A DNA stretch of 60,526 nucleotides, the filler included, from Platydemus manokwari (taxonomy: Eukaryota): assembly GCA_037951405.1 (NCBI GenBank). It is 5 parts of 5 records of this genome, joined end to end, with 100 filler letters (N's around TTAATTAATTAA, not from the genome) between each part and the next. Parts side by side here need not be neighbours in the genome. Positions count along the whole stretch, not along the records: positions 28,478 to 38,614 come from JBBMOY011164769.1; positions 38,715 to 49,294 come from JBBMOY011122329.1; positions 49,395 to 60,526 come from JBBMOY010891089.1; 2 more parts are not named here. One strand, 5' to 3'. This document shows, one piece after another, positions 38,481-50,193 of this stretch. The notes under the pieces were generated by a model that saw only the letters and a list, made by a program, of their open reading frames with translations, did not search any database and was not told the origin of the DNA. Within the stretch, counting starts at the first letter, position 1; each line of letters opens with the position of its first letter. The position numbers and the translations under genes are program-made.

Positions 38481-41255
38481 CAATTTGAAATATAATTTTT
38501 AAAAATCGGTTCAGAAGAAAATTCTAATAAAAATAATATATTAAAAATGATTGAGAATAAATTCCAAATTTGAAATTTAACTATCAATACTATTCCAGCC
38601 CTTGAAATATATGANNNNNNNNNNNNNNNNNNNNNNNNNNNNNNNNNNNNNNNNNNNNTTAATTAATTAANNNNNNNNNNNNNNNNNNNNNNNNNNNNNN
38701 NNNNNNNNNNNNNNTTTATTATAATTATTATTCTTATTACTTTTATTATAGTTAACAGTAGTATCGACATGGAAAATAAAATAATGGATTTTATCAAGTT
38801 AATTCTTTTCCACCAGCTTAATAAATGAAAACCAACATTGTGTAAATGAATTATTTGACTAACAAATAAATCTGATCATCATTGCAATTTATGATATCAT
38901 AACTTGATAATAATTATTTTAATTGGTTATGTAAACAAATTTTAAAATAAATAAACAACAACTGAGCAATAATATTTGCTTTATTTACACTGGGAATTAC
39001 ATTTGTTACTGCTATTCGTACGTATGCGATTTTATTTAATTCTGGCTCACAAATTGTGATAATTATCAATGAATTAAACTATAATTTGACATTACGTAAC
39101 AGGTTATTTATTAATCGATTGTTTTATTATATCAAATAATAAATTGAAAACAAAATTGATTTATTATTTTTCAAGAAACAAAACATAGTGACGGTTATTT
39201 TGATGTTGTGCGATGATCTATTTGATTATACATAAATTTCAAATGGGTTGGAATACCCCCACCTCCCTTGATTGTATTACAGATTCGAAACTATTCTCAA
39301 TTTAATTTTATGAATACATAATTTTCAATGATTTTATTGTTTAATTTTTATTGGTTTTCATTTGACTTATTTCAATTTATCGTTATAAAACAGTAATAAT
39401 ATACGATTTTTGTTATCAATTATTTCCATACTAATAGACAGACCAACCATCATAATGGATAATATTATGTTTTAAAAATTATCTAATATACAAGCCTTAT
39501 AATATTATGTAACATATTTAATATTAATGTAAGCCACTACTCTTTCATAGAATGTGCCTTTCAAATTTTGATTTAATCTAATGATTTAAACAAATAAATT
39601 GATAATTTATATCTTTAAGGTATAATATTTTAAATTTGAATTTATCTAATAGCCCTCGGAATAGTTTGATAATTCCAATAAGCATTTCGCGAATCAGTTT
39701 TATAGTTTGCTTTATTCCACGTCATATGATCAGACCGATAATCAAAGATTTAGTAATTCGTTTATTGGTGGATTTCTCCACATAGTCATTTCACTCACAT
39801 CTGATATGACCTATCAATTGACTGTGATCAGCTTTTAAAATTGGATTTTAAATTTATATTAGCTCACTACTCACACATATTTCTGATTAAGATTTTCATT
39901 TAAACGTTATCTAGTTTTGCTCTTCCGTACTTTTCTCAGTTTTTGTATTTCAATTTACACACAACCGTCTCATTATTGTTATGTGACATCTTCATAATAA
40001 TAATTGGAATTTATAGGAAATACAATAAGATAAACAAATTAAACACGCCATTCGGTACCATAAAACGTTTCGAGTTATTTTCTCATTATAATGACAGAAT
40101 TTACACTCTATTATCTATTCAGACATCTTTATCATTTATTGAATTCTTAAAATTGATGAATGGAAGATTTTGAAAATATTTTAAAATTGTTTATCGTTGT
40201 GATCGGATAAACAAATTATCAAACGGTTTAGAAAATCACAGTACTTATTTTCACGATGAAAACTGATTCCAGTGTATAAACAATTCGAGAAATATGCAAT
40301 GAATTGGAGTGATTATGTAATTATATTTTCCAATACAATGTATTTATCACCATGTAAAATATATTTTGTTGATTTTATATTAATATGAGCTTCATTGTAA
40401 AATTTACTGCAGCTATGACTGATAGTTGGTTAGCAATAATAATAGGTAATAATAATTACATTATTTATTTTTATTTTTGCTTATGGAAACATAAGGAAGC
40501 ATTATTATATTCTTAGACAGACATTCAAATTAATATTTTCAAATATAAATAGAGAGAAATTAAAGTTTAATTCAATAGCATCTTGTACTACATAATAAGT
40601 AGTAGGAAATATTGTTTCCCCATAGCGTTAATATATGGATAATGGTTACTATATGGATTTAATGAATTAACAGTTCGAGTTCAAGGAAAGATATTCGAAG
40701 ACTTTCAATTCATTTTTGATTTTTATTAAATTTTCTTTTCCTATCATATCAATCGCATTATAAAATTAAATCCTATTCAATGATAAAAATACTTACAATC
40801 CATTGATGAGGAAGGGTAATTGTAATCGAAACATTCAAACCTTTTTAAGCCACATCAAATAAGATTGAAATACACACATGAAAAATTGTGGCTTATTTTT
40901 GTAAATAATATGAAAATAAAAAATGTTTATAGCATAATTTAAGTGAAGAATTAGAGATCGTGAATCATGGATAAGGTTTTTATTTGATGAATACTGAATA
41001 TCAGAAGAATACCTAATGGATCATAGAATTGGAAAATCAATAGGAAAATATTGAATGAAAAAATACTTAAAGCTATCTGGCACCAACTCAAATGAATCTT
41101 ATAATAAATTATTAGCAGCTAAAAAAGGAGGAAATAATAATTTTTATAATTCAAAAAATTGTATTTTAATAAAATTGCATAAGTTATGGTATATAACCAA
41201 AGATAGAAAATACAAAATAATTAAAAAGTATTATTATTAAGTTCTATTTTAGAAA

Positions 41256-42430
41256 ATGGTATCAAAATTAGATGCAAATCATTATTAATTTAAAGATGAA
41301 ATTAAAAAAGAAGATTCATATATTATTAACCCACCATCAACCACAGCAACAAATTAAAATAAAGCCACTGATATTAATTTCGAATCTCAACAAACTTCAA
41401 ATCCTGAATATATTTGTAATAGTTTTGTAAGGTATGAAATTAGAATTCAAATAACAGACAAAAAATGCTGCTGGTGTAGAAGAAAATCATACTATGACTT
41501 TAGAAAATAATTTTTTCACAATTTATTTCACCTCCATGAGATTAACATTAAAACATATGAAATTGAAACTCATGTAAGTTTTGGAGAAACATCTAGTATG
41601 TTACATTTTATATTACTAGATCAATCTGATGATAGAACTGGAAAGTTGGCATCATGGATTCCAGATAAAACTAATGAAGATCAATATAAAGACAATAAGG
41701 GATTCAAAAGAAGAAAGGCCTTTTATAATTTAAAAGTAAGTTTGGATTTTTACATATTTAGATTTTAAGAAAACTATCATAGACCGTTATTTTTGACGAT
41801 GATTAAATTAACCTTAAACAGAAATATGGATGATAAAAAAATATTTTAAGGAACAAAAGGTAAAGGAAAATTAACTATCAAATCATTAGAATTTTGTATG
41901 CCCAAATTATTGAATTATTGCAAAGAATTCAAACTGATAAACCAATTCAAGTTATTTATTTAAATATGCTTTCAAATCTAATTTATATTTCAGAGTAACA
42001 CATCTTGGTCTATTCTTTAATACATGACAATTAGCTTTATTAAAGAATAGACCAAGATGCATTATAATTGGTTTTAAAGTTCCTGAAATTAGCTTTACCA
42101 AAAATAATTTAAAATTCATTCAAAATATTGGAAATGATAAATATATATAATCATTAAAATTTAGATTGAATAGCAGTAACTACCCAGCTAATAAAATGCA
42201 ATTTGAAATCACAACAAATAATCAAAAAATACCCTCAATTGAATATGTTAGATTTTCAAAATTTATACTCAATATTTTGTTTTGATGTTAAATCTCAAGA
42301 TGAAAAATTAATAATTAGAAGAAAAATCTGTTGAATTATTAATATGTTTACAGTAAAAACACAAGACTGAAAGCTGATTTCATTTTTCGTAAACTTATTT
42401 TATAACCCAATTTTATTGATTCACAATGAT
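41256..42430 (+). pseudogene. Polinton major capsid protein (double jelly-roll), decayed
   Basis: DEIKKEDSYIINP...DINFE...NSFVRYEI, TLENNFF, RPRCIIIGF, LNSSNYP and YSIFCFDVKSQDEKL occur in the order of Maverick/adintovirus MCP motifs. Confidence 0.8.
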
Positions 42431-43020
42431 TGATGAAAAACATTCAAAACAAATAATAAAAACTGTAAAACCTAAATCATTTTACTACGAGGGAAAAACA
42501 TAAAAATATCTAAAGAAATTATTAACAAATTAAAACAAATATTAGACACCGAAAGCTGAAGTCCAAACACAAAGGAGACTATAAGAAACAAAAATCTGGT
42601 GGAGTTTTTCTGTTATCAGCTGCAATACCCGCAAATCATAGCAGGTTTAAGTGGAGCTGCAGGAATTGGTAGGAAAGTTGCAACCGCGGTAAATCAAGCA
42701 AAACAAGCTAAGAAAGTTGACGCGGAGACTTAGAAAGTGAAGAAAAAATAAGCGCAACTAAAAACAAAAGGTGACTTGAAACAAAAAAACGAAGTTACTA
42801 AAGGAACCAGCCTTTATTTAACTCCTTAAAAAGGCAGAGTTATATTTGATTTCGTACAAAATACTAGATATGTAAAGATATCATTTTTAAAACGGATTAA
42901 AGGTGAAGGACTTTATTTATCAACATCAGACTTTGTCTGACCTTCAGGCATATGAACAATAGGAATACAAAAACTCATAAATAATAAAAGTGATAATTTA
43001 AATTGGATGAAAAATTGAGT
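42430..43020 (+). pseudogene. Polinton core/protease-substrate protein, decayed
   Basis: KSGGVFLLSAAIPA..IAGLSGAAGIGRKVATAVNQAK, followed by repeated G.GLYL-type motifs (KGTSLYLTP, KGEGLYLST), as in adintovirus-like core proteins. Confidence 0.65.
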
Positions 43021-43046
43021 GAATTAATAAATATTATTTCTAAATA

Positions 43047-43765
43047 ATATAGCACAGTAATAATATCTAGTAGTAAAGATTCTAAATGGAAATTTGGTTT
43101 TCCAATACCTTTAAAGTTAGATAAAAGATTTGAATATGAAATTGGTTTAATGTCTATAAGTGTTTCTAATTCTGTATATTATATTGATGATAGTAATAAT
43201 TCATTTGAATATGAAAAAAAATTATATAAAATTCCACCAGGTGTTATAGAAATTCCGGATATAAATGAAGGTCTACAAAATGTTGTTGGTAGGTACAAAA
43301 TTAATGGAAAAACACAGGTTGATCCTAATAATAACCCAATATATAATGTTAAAATGGAACCTGATAATGCCACTTTAAAATGTAGACTAATTACAAATGG
43401 TCATAAAAAATATTACTTGAGGTTCTGTTTTAGTATTTGAAAATAATAAAATATATCAATCTGGAACCCATTTTTCAGAAAATACAATAAATATATCTGA
43501 GCTTACGTTAATAAATGTCGAATGTTCAATAGCTGATGGTAGTTATATAGCACAATTTACGAATACGCATAAATAAAATCGAATATTATTTATAATTTTA
43601 CAGCCAATAGATTTGGCCCCGGTTATTTAATAAAGAAGTAAAACAAGTAATATATTTTCCAATATTTACTAAACTTGTTAGTGAAATTACCTTTAATAGA
43701 TTTAATAAATTTTGGTGTAGAAGAAATATCTTTGAAACTTCATCTCAAACTGGTTTATTTTATTT
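43047..43765 (+). pseudogene. Polinton minor capsid protein (penton), decayed
   Basis: FPIPLKLDKRFEYEIGL...SNS...NNSF...IPPGVIEIPDIN, SENTINI...INVECSIADGSY, APGYLI, IYFPI and LINFGVEEISLKLHLK. Confidence 0.85.
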
Positions 43766-43892
43766 TTCGTCTTAAATTAGTTTAAAGTAGGAATGGAATT
43801 CAGCTTCTCAAACAAGTTTTTATTCTATTACTTTTTTATTTTTTAAAATGGATGCAGGAGATTAAATTAATTTAATTATTTTCCAACTAAGT

Positions 43893-44270
43893 ATGGTATT
43901 AATGAAACTTCTAATTTTGATTTAATGGATATTTCTAATGATTTACACTAATATGTTGAAATTATTATGAGAGATGAATTAAAGAATTTTACTTATAAAA
44001 ATATATAATAATGAATTTGGAAACTACAAAAGAAAAGGATTCTCGTTGGGTTTCGATAAGTAAACCTCATAAAATTTATTTTGATCCCTATGGAATTTTA
44101 CCAACTAGAGAAGTTTATAATTTTTTTGCCTATGCTGGAGACCAGACAAAATCCTAATCCGATTTTGTTTTTTATAAAATTCAAATAGAAACAGAGGGGT
44201 AATTATGCGGACAATTATCTATGTATTATTATTAGATAAATTACTTGAAGAATTTGATAAACCATTTGAA
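43893..44270 (+). pseudogene. Adenain-type cysteine protease, decayed
   Basis: IMNLETTKEKDSRWVS (consensus IINLD...GTHWV), IYFDPYGILP and IQ...LCG. Confidence 0.75.
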
Positions 44271-44831
44271 ATTATTTTATATATTGGTAATATATTTCCA
44301 CATATACCATCAAAGAGTAATCTGTTGGAAACTATACTGATTAATATTCTGATATCTAATGAAGAAAAAATTGAAATCAAAAATCTAATTTCAGAAAATT
44401 ATCACGACATGCTGTATTATTAAATTTCATATTTAACTTCCGAAAATGGATGATCAAAAACTTTTTCCCGCTTTGATAATTTTAGTAATCCTAGTGCTCC
44501 ACCAGACTCTTAGAATATGAGTCCATCTTATGTGGGTTATAAAAATGATACATTAAAGTGAATATTAAGTGAATTTTATGAATGAAAAAAGGGCTTTAGA
44601 AGAATTATTAGGTCATAATATTAAGTTTTAAAAAATGGGCAAAAGTTGATTGTGGATTAAAGTGGTTTATTTTAACATCTGGTGTAATTTTAGATGTATT
44701 ACTATCTATTTTACCAATTATTTCGGGTTTGGAATTTTAGCAACAATTGATTTATATTGTGGTGCAAGAGTTGCTTTATTTTACAATCTAATATTGGGGA
44801 ATCATTTCATAGTGAGTTACTCTATTATTTT

Positions 44832-45667
44832 CTAAATATAAAAGTTTAATATCTTGAAGATGTTCTTCTTTTTTGAAATAAAGATTGGGAATAATTTGTA
44901 ATTCTTTCTTTTATTTCCATTTCCTTTAATTCCATAAACATTTATTTTGAAATTATTGTTCCTCTCAAATATTTTAATTTCATTTATGGATGTTGGAAAT
45001 GATATTCCTTCAAGATTTAATTTATCAAAATGTTTTTTATAATGCCTTGCTCTTTTTGAACATCTATGTTCTTCTATCATATATTAATGTGCTAGCATAG
45101 AATATAGAAACTTTTTTATCATAGTTTCTTACATTTCCTATGTTATTAGACAGAAATGGAAGAGGTGAAAATTTTGCTTCCTGATAAAACATTTACCTTT
45201 GAAATATTTACAGTTATATTTCTTAATTCAAATATATTTCACCCACTTCCTTTATTCCTCATTAAATCATTATCTAATTGTTCGGGAAAATCTTTAATTA
45301 TTTCCATTAGGTCTTCTCCCCTAATATTCTTCAATCCAATTTAAAATATTTGATATGTAAATAATTTTTTTGTTGCATATTCAAGTTCTTCAGTATTTGG
45401 ATTTATTTTTTGTAATAACATTTTGATCATTATTTGGAGTTTATGATTTGATTATTTATTAAGAAATCTTAATATTTCATTAAACTCTTCTGAAATATAG
45501 GAAATTATATTTTTGATTGGTTGAGATTTTATATTAATTTTATGGGTTTTGTAAATATCGTCCATAGTTGATGAAGACGAAGCTCCATCAATTTTAATAT
45601 TGTTATTGATCTTATTATTGTTATCGATCGTATTATTGTTATTAATAGAAGGGTTAAATTTCGCCAT
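44832..45667 (-). pseudogene. N-terminal region of Polinton protein-primed DNA polymerase B, truncated
   Basis: KGSGWKIFELRNITVNISKVNVLSGS, FLYSMLA and LNLEGISFPTSINEIKIFERNNNFKINVYGI are typical of the pPolB N-terminal region; no catalytic core follows. Confidence 0.85.
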
Positions 45668-46099
45668 ATGTTTTAATGATTTATTATGGGCTTTTAGACA
45701 CTGAATTGTATCAAACGTTGTATCGAAAATTTGGCATTTATTTATTTTTTATTGTTATTATTCTCCGAATGTTCATTTTTCAATCAGATAAAATCGAATA
45801 TAATAGATATTTTTTCGTTACTATTTTTACTTCTTTGTTATTCGATCTATTTCGTTTCTTTTCGATAAGATAAAATTTAACTTATTTCATAAGTCGTATT
45901 TTTATTATTATTACTGTAGTTATTATTACTATTATCATTATTATTATATTTATCAATGTCGTTTTTATTCTTACTGTCAATTATACTTTTGTTTTTGCTA
46001 ATCTTGTTTAATATTATTCTACCGTCTATTTTCGTTTTACCAGTTATTATATCTGTCAATAATTTATCACCCAACACTCATCATTGTGTCTGTTACGAA

Positions 46100-47390
46100 T
46101 AAGTGGTTTAACTCTAATCATTATGTCTTTTCATGGTAATCTTACCTTCCAGTTTACAAGGATAAAGTTAAACAATTCACAAAATAATTGTTATCAATTC
46201 CGACACAACTATCAAAATTCAAATAAGCGAATAACAAGTAATAAAAATAAGACAGCAAATATTGTCAAAAATCAAATCACGGCAACAATCGACTCACTAA
46301 TTGTTATTTTTCTAATATCAATTTTGGATTTGTGGAATCAACTGATTGGAATTAAAGTCGAAGATGGAACTGGTTTTGTTGAATTATTGGATTGTGCTGA
46401 ATTTGGGTTTTGCGAAAAATGGTTGAAGATTTGTTGAAGATTTGATCATCAGATATTTGATGAAGAGAAATTGCTTTTTTGAAAAAGGTTTGAAAGAAGA
46501 ATAGTTTCGAAGAGGGTTTGAATATTTGAATATTTGAGGAATTTTGAGGATTTGAACATTTGGATGTTAAATTTGGTTTGAGAATTAGAAAATGTTTGAT
46601 GATGAGGGTTTCGAGTGGAGTGTCAAAAAGACACGTCTCCGAATTTCGGACATCCTGATTTCAAGGGCCTACACTTTCTCTTTCAAATTGTGACCTATTA
46701 TAATATGCACTTTGATCTCTTCTATATCAGATTGGCCTCTTAGTTCGTAGTTACCTAGTCCATTCTATTCCACAAAATATTCTCTTATTCCGGCTTTCGG
46801 AAATTAATTCTATCCATGTGGGATAGTGTTTTCCATAATAGTCTACTCCTAATTTGGAATTCAAAAATATGATATTCTTCATCTCCTCCTTGAGCAACAG
46901 ATTCCTTTTTATGACGGATAAATGTATTCTTGCTGCTTTGAATGACAGCTCAATGGTCTCTCGGGCACGTCTATAATCCTTTTGAATTATTCAGGAAGGA
47001 GTTGTTCCACTGGCAGGTCTGAGGTACTAATTACTGCCTGCGTGCGGCTTCTCAGGGATGACATTCCAATTTTGCTTCTCCTTATAGACTGAACTCTTGT
47101 TTAATTCAATTTTGCTTCCAAAACAATATTTACATGTCACTCGAAAATGAGAAATATTTTGTTTTGTTCAGTTGCTATTTCAAATGATTCTTTTAAAATT
47201 TCATTCATGTTTTTCTCTGGCTTTATTTCAAATTGCTTGTATCACCTTCAATTTATTAATTTCTTGGAAAGTCGAGTAATATGTCATTATCTACTTACTT
47301 AAATACTCAAACACCAAATATTATTTTCATATTTTATTTTCAAATGTACAATAATTTTTAATATTCAATTCAGTCACCATATGAGTTTTA
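46100..47390 (-). mobile_element. Possible decayed gag-like retroelement segment
   Basis: PBS-like TGGTGAC on - at ~47373-47379, followed by broken frames with an S/N/P/Q-rich low-complexity tail. Confidence 0.25.
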
Positions 47391-49689
47391 TTATATTGAT
47401 ATTGGTATAATATTTCATTCGTTCAGCCAAGGAAAATTATTATCAAAAATGTAACACAATCCAAAAATTACTATTAATATTAGTAAATAGTTTGGTACCT
47501 TTGACAATATCAATGTGAATCTATACAGTGTTCATGTTAATATGTATGGAGTCTATTGCCATTTATGAAAGATTGTGGAAAAGATGTGAGAAACACAAAA
47601 GCATCAAAAAATGAGAATTTTCATAATAGAACTGGGTCGAGAAATCTATCTTCTCAATCAATTCACCGTGCTTCTAGATATAATTCCAAGGGTTCATTGA
47701 GAGAAAAATGTTTAAGATTGTCGGGGTTGTATTATTATAATAATAAGTTCAAATTTCAAAAGCACAATTTGTAAAAAGATAGAGATTAATATCTAAATAT
47801 ATTCAGAAGGATTTTTAGCGCTAAATAGATTCCCAAATATGGTCAACCTAGATCTTCAACTTATCTGGAATCCAAACAGATAAGAGATTGTTGTTGCTTA
47901 ATCACTCGGGTTATGTAGTAAAAATAATATTTAAAATATAAATGATAATAAAATATAATAAACAATGCAAAATAAGCCAAAATAAAATGTATTGATCGAC
48001 AATTGAAACTCTGATAACAACAAATTTAAATACCAAAGGCGTCGTACACTATGCTTAGGTAAGTCTCTCGTGACACAAATTGAAAGTGTGGAACTGTTAA
48101 GTAGAACCTAAATTATTTTAATAGACCTCAAGACTAAGACTAGCAGGGAGTCGCAAATTAATTGAGCAGTTAAAAAATATACTTCGAATCTTAATAATCT
48201 TCGAATTAAAATTGGTATACAAAAATATCTTCAAAATGGTAAAATCTGCGGATCGAGATTAACATACATTTAAAAAATAGATAGGTTTGGAATTGAGCTT
48301 GCGAAAATTCGTACAATTTTGTAAATGTGATTGGACTTGTTGCTATTTTTGGTAACATTCTATACTTAGTACCATATGTTGCTAAGTGCAGCATATGTTC
48401 AGCATAGGTTACTATTTTTAGTCCAAGTGACTATTTATAGCAACTAGTGTTGTTATTTATAATTTCCCTCCATCGGGGTTTTTATTTTTAGATTTCAATG
48501 CGGATTTTCCTTATGACCTTAATGTCAATTAGTTTTGATGCAATAAAACAAATTTAAAAATTTTATGAATATTTTGTAATTTCTGGCATTAAAATTTTAT
48601 TAATTTGAGACTTAATTTTAAAAATTTTTTATATCAATTTATTTTTATTTTTAGTTTAATTTGGTTGGGTCAAAATGGCCTGGTTAGTTCCCAACAACAT
48701 GCCGAATATAGATAATAGCTTTTCACGTCCTAAATTGATAAAGGATAAAATAACTGTATTCGAGATTGTTAACGAATAAAAATACAAATCAAGCAATAAG
48801 AAATTCAGGACTATTAAAACACAATTGAGTATAACCAAATTTAAATAAGATAATGATCTCGATATAATACCACTATTTACAGCCACGATAAAACTATGAA
48901 CAAAATTTAGTGATTAAATCGAAAACACTAGCGTAAATGCTGAAATGTTAAAATGGACTAAATTTCTAGCACCAAATTGTAAAAATCTTTTACGAAGAAT
49001 ATTTTGATTTCTGGAATTTAATGATTCTTGCTCAATTATTTTGAGTAGCCACTTATTATCTCTTATAAGTATTAACTATAGCATCAAATAATTAAATAAT
49101 AGTAGTTGTAATAATAACTTCAGTCACTTTTATTTATTTATTTCCTATATCCGTCCAGCAAATATTTTGCAGTTATCTACTTAAGAGGCGCATTTATTCT
49201 CTTTTCACTGTTACGATTTCTTATTTCAAAATTAATTTTATTAAGCAGTGATTAATCATCTTGATCAATATAGCACAAATTGAAAAATAATGGTNNNNNN
49301 NNNNNNNNNNNNNNNNNNNNNNNNNNNNNNNNNNNNNNTTAATTAATTAANNNNNNNNNNNNNNNNNNNNNNNNNNNNNNNNNNNNNNNNNNNNACAATA
49401 AAAAGAAGCAATAAGTAATAATGCCATGATGATTGATACCCGTTTATAAAATAAATGTAAATATTTACATATAGAAGTAAACGCAGAAACTTAAAAATAA
49501 TATTTTAAAACCGAATATTTAAATTAAATAATTTTAAATGATGTGAATATACTTTAGGAAATAATTTAAACGTTCAATTAATGGTAAAATATTTTTTAAA
49601 TAATTAAGTAATGCATAATACAAATAATTAACGTTGTTATACTGCATTAAAGTGTTTTATTTTAAGTTTTACTTTCACTTCCTAATTTT

Positions 49690-49726
49690 GATGACTCACA
49701 ACTCTTTATGTCAGATTATATATATA
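49690..49726 (+). promoter_or_regulatory. Candidate profilin promoter: AP-1 site plus TATA box
   Basis: TGACTCA at 49692-49698 and TATATATA at ~49717-49726, about 60 nt upstream of the ATG. Confidence 0.4.
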
Positions 49727-49782
49727 CAACAAATTTTTAGAAAATATTAGATTGATTTAATTCTATTAAAATTTTAGAAAAA

Positions 49783-50193
49783 ATGGCTTGGGCTTCATGG
49801 GACGCAAATTTAGATAGCTATATGGCTTCGAACTTTACTGAGTGCAACAATATAACAATTGCTGCAATGAATGGTGCTCTATGCACTTCAAGAAGCAAAG
49901 ATAAAGGGCCAGTACCAGATGCCAACGAAATTGCTGCTTTGGTTAAATATCTTACATCCAAGCAAGGATCTTCTCTTACTTATGGTGGGAACAAATTGAT
50001 GTTTACTCGTGAAATTGAAGATTCTATTTTGATTTTCAATCTTATCGGAGCAAACAAGGGAGCTCTAGCTATTAGTAAGACAGCTAGTAATAACTTTGTA
50101 ATTTTTGCTTGTGGAGCTGGGCCTGACAAGAATTCTCAAGCTGTTGGTGTTAATGCCGTCAAATGTGTTGAGTTTTTGAATAAATCATTATAA
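49783..50193 (+). CDS. Profilin (divergent, intronless CDS)
   Basis: 136-aa ORF with N-terminal Trp helix (MAWASWD), IAAMNG, LTYGGNKLMF, GALAISKT and a C-terminal helix VEFLNK; size and motif order fit profilin. Confidence 0.85.
   Translation: MAWASWDANLDSYMASNFTECNNITIAAMNGALCTSRSKDKGPVPDANEIAALVKYLTSKQGSSLTYGGNKLMFTREIEDSILIFNLIGANKGALAISKTASNNFVIFACGAGPDKNSQAVGVNAVKCVEFLNKSL

Larger units (their letters stand above)
40880..46080. mobile_element. Fossil Polinton/Maverick (adintovirus-like) element
   Basis: Clustered, intronless, pseudogenised capsid, core, penton and protease genes on +, converging on a pPolB fragment on -. Boundaries are approximate; no TIRs identified. Confidence 0.85.

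Noticed and set aside
40500-40880. Possible displaced pPolB exonuclease remnant (HNFS...) on the minus strand
   Set aside because: Only a few residues match; cannot be distinguished from chance.
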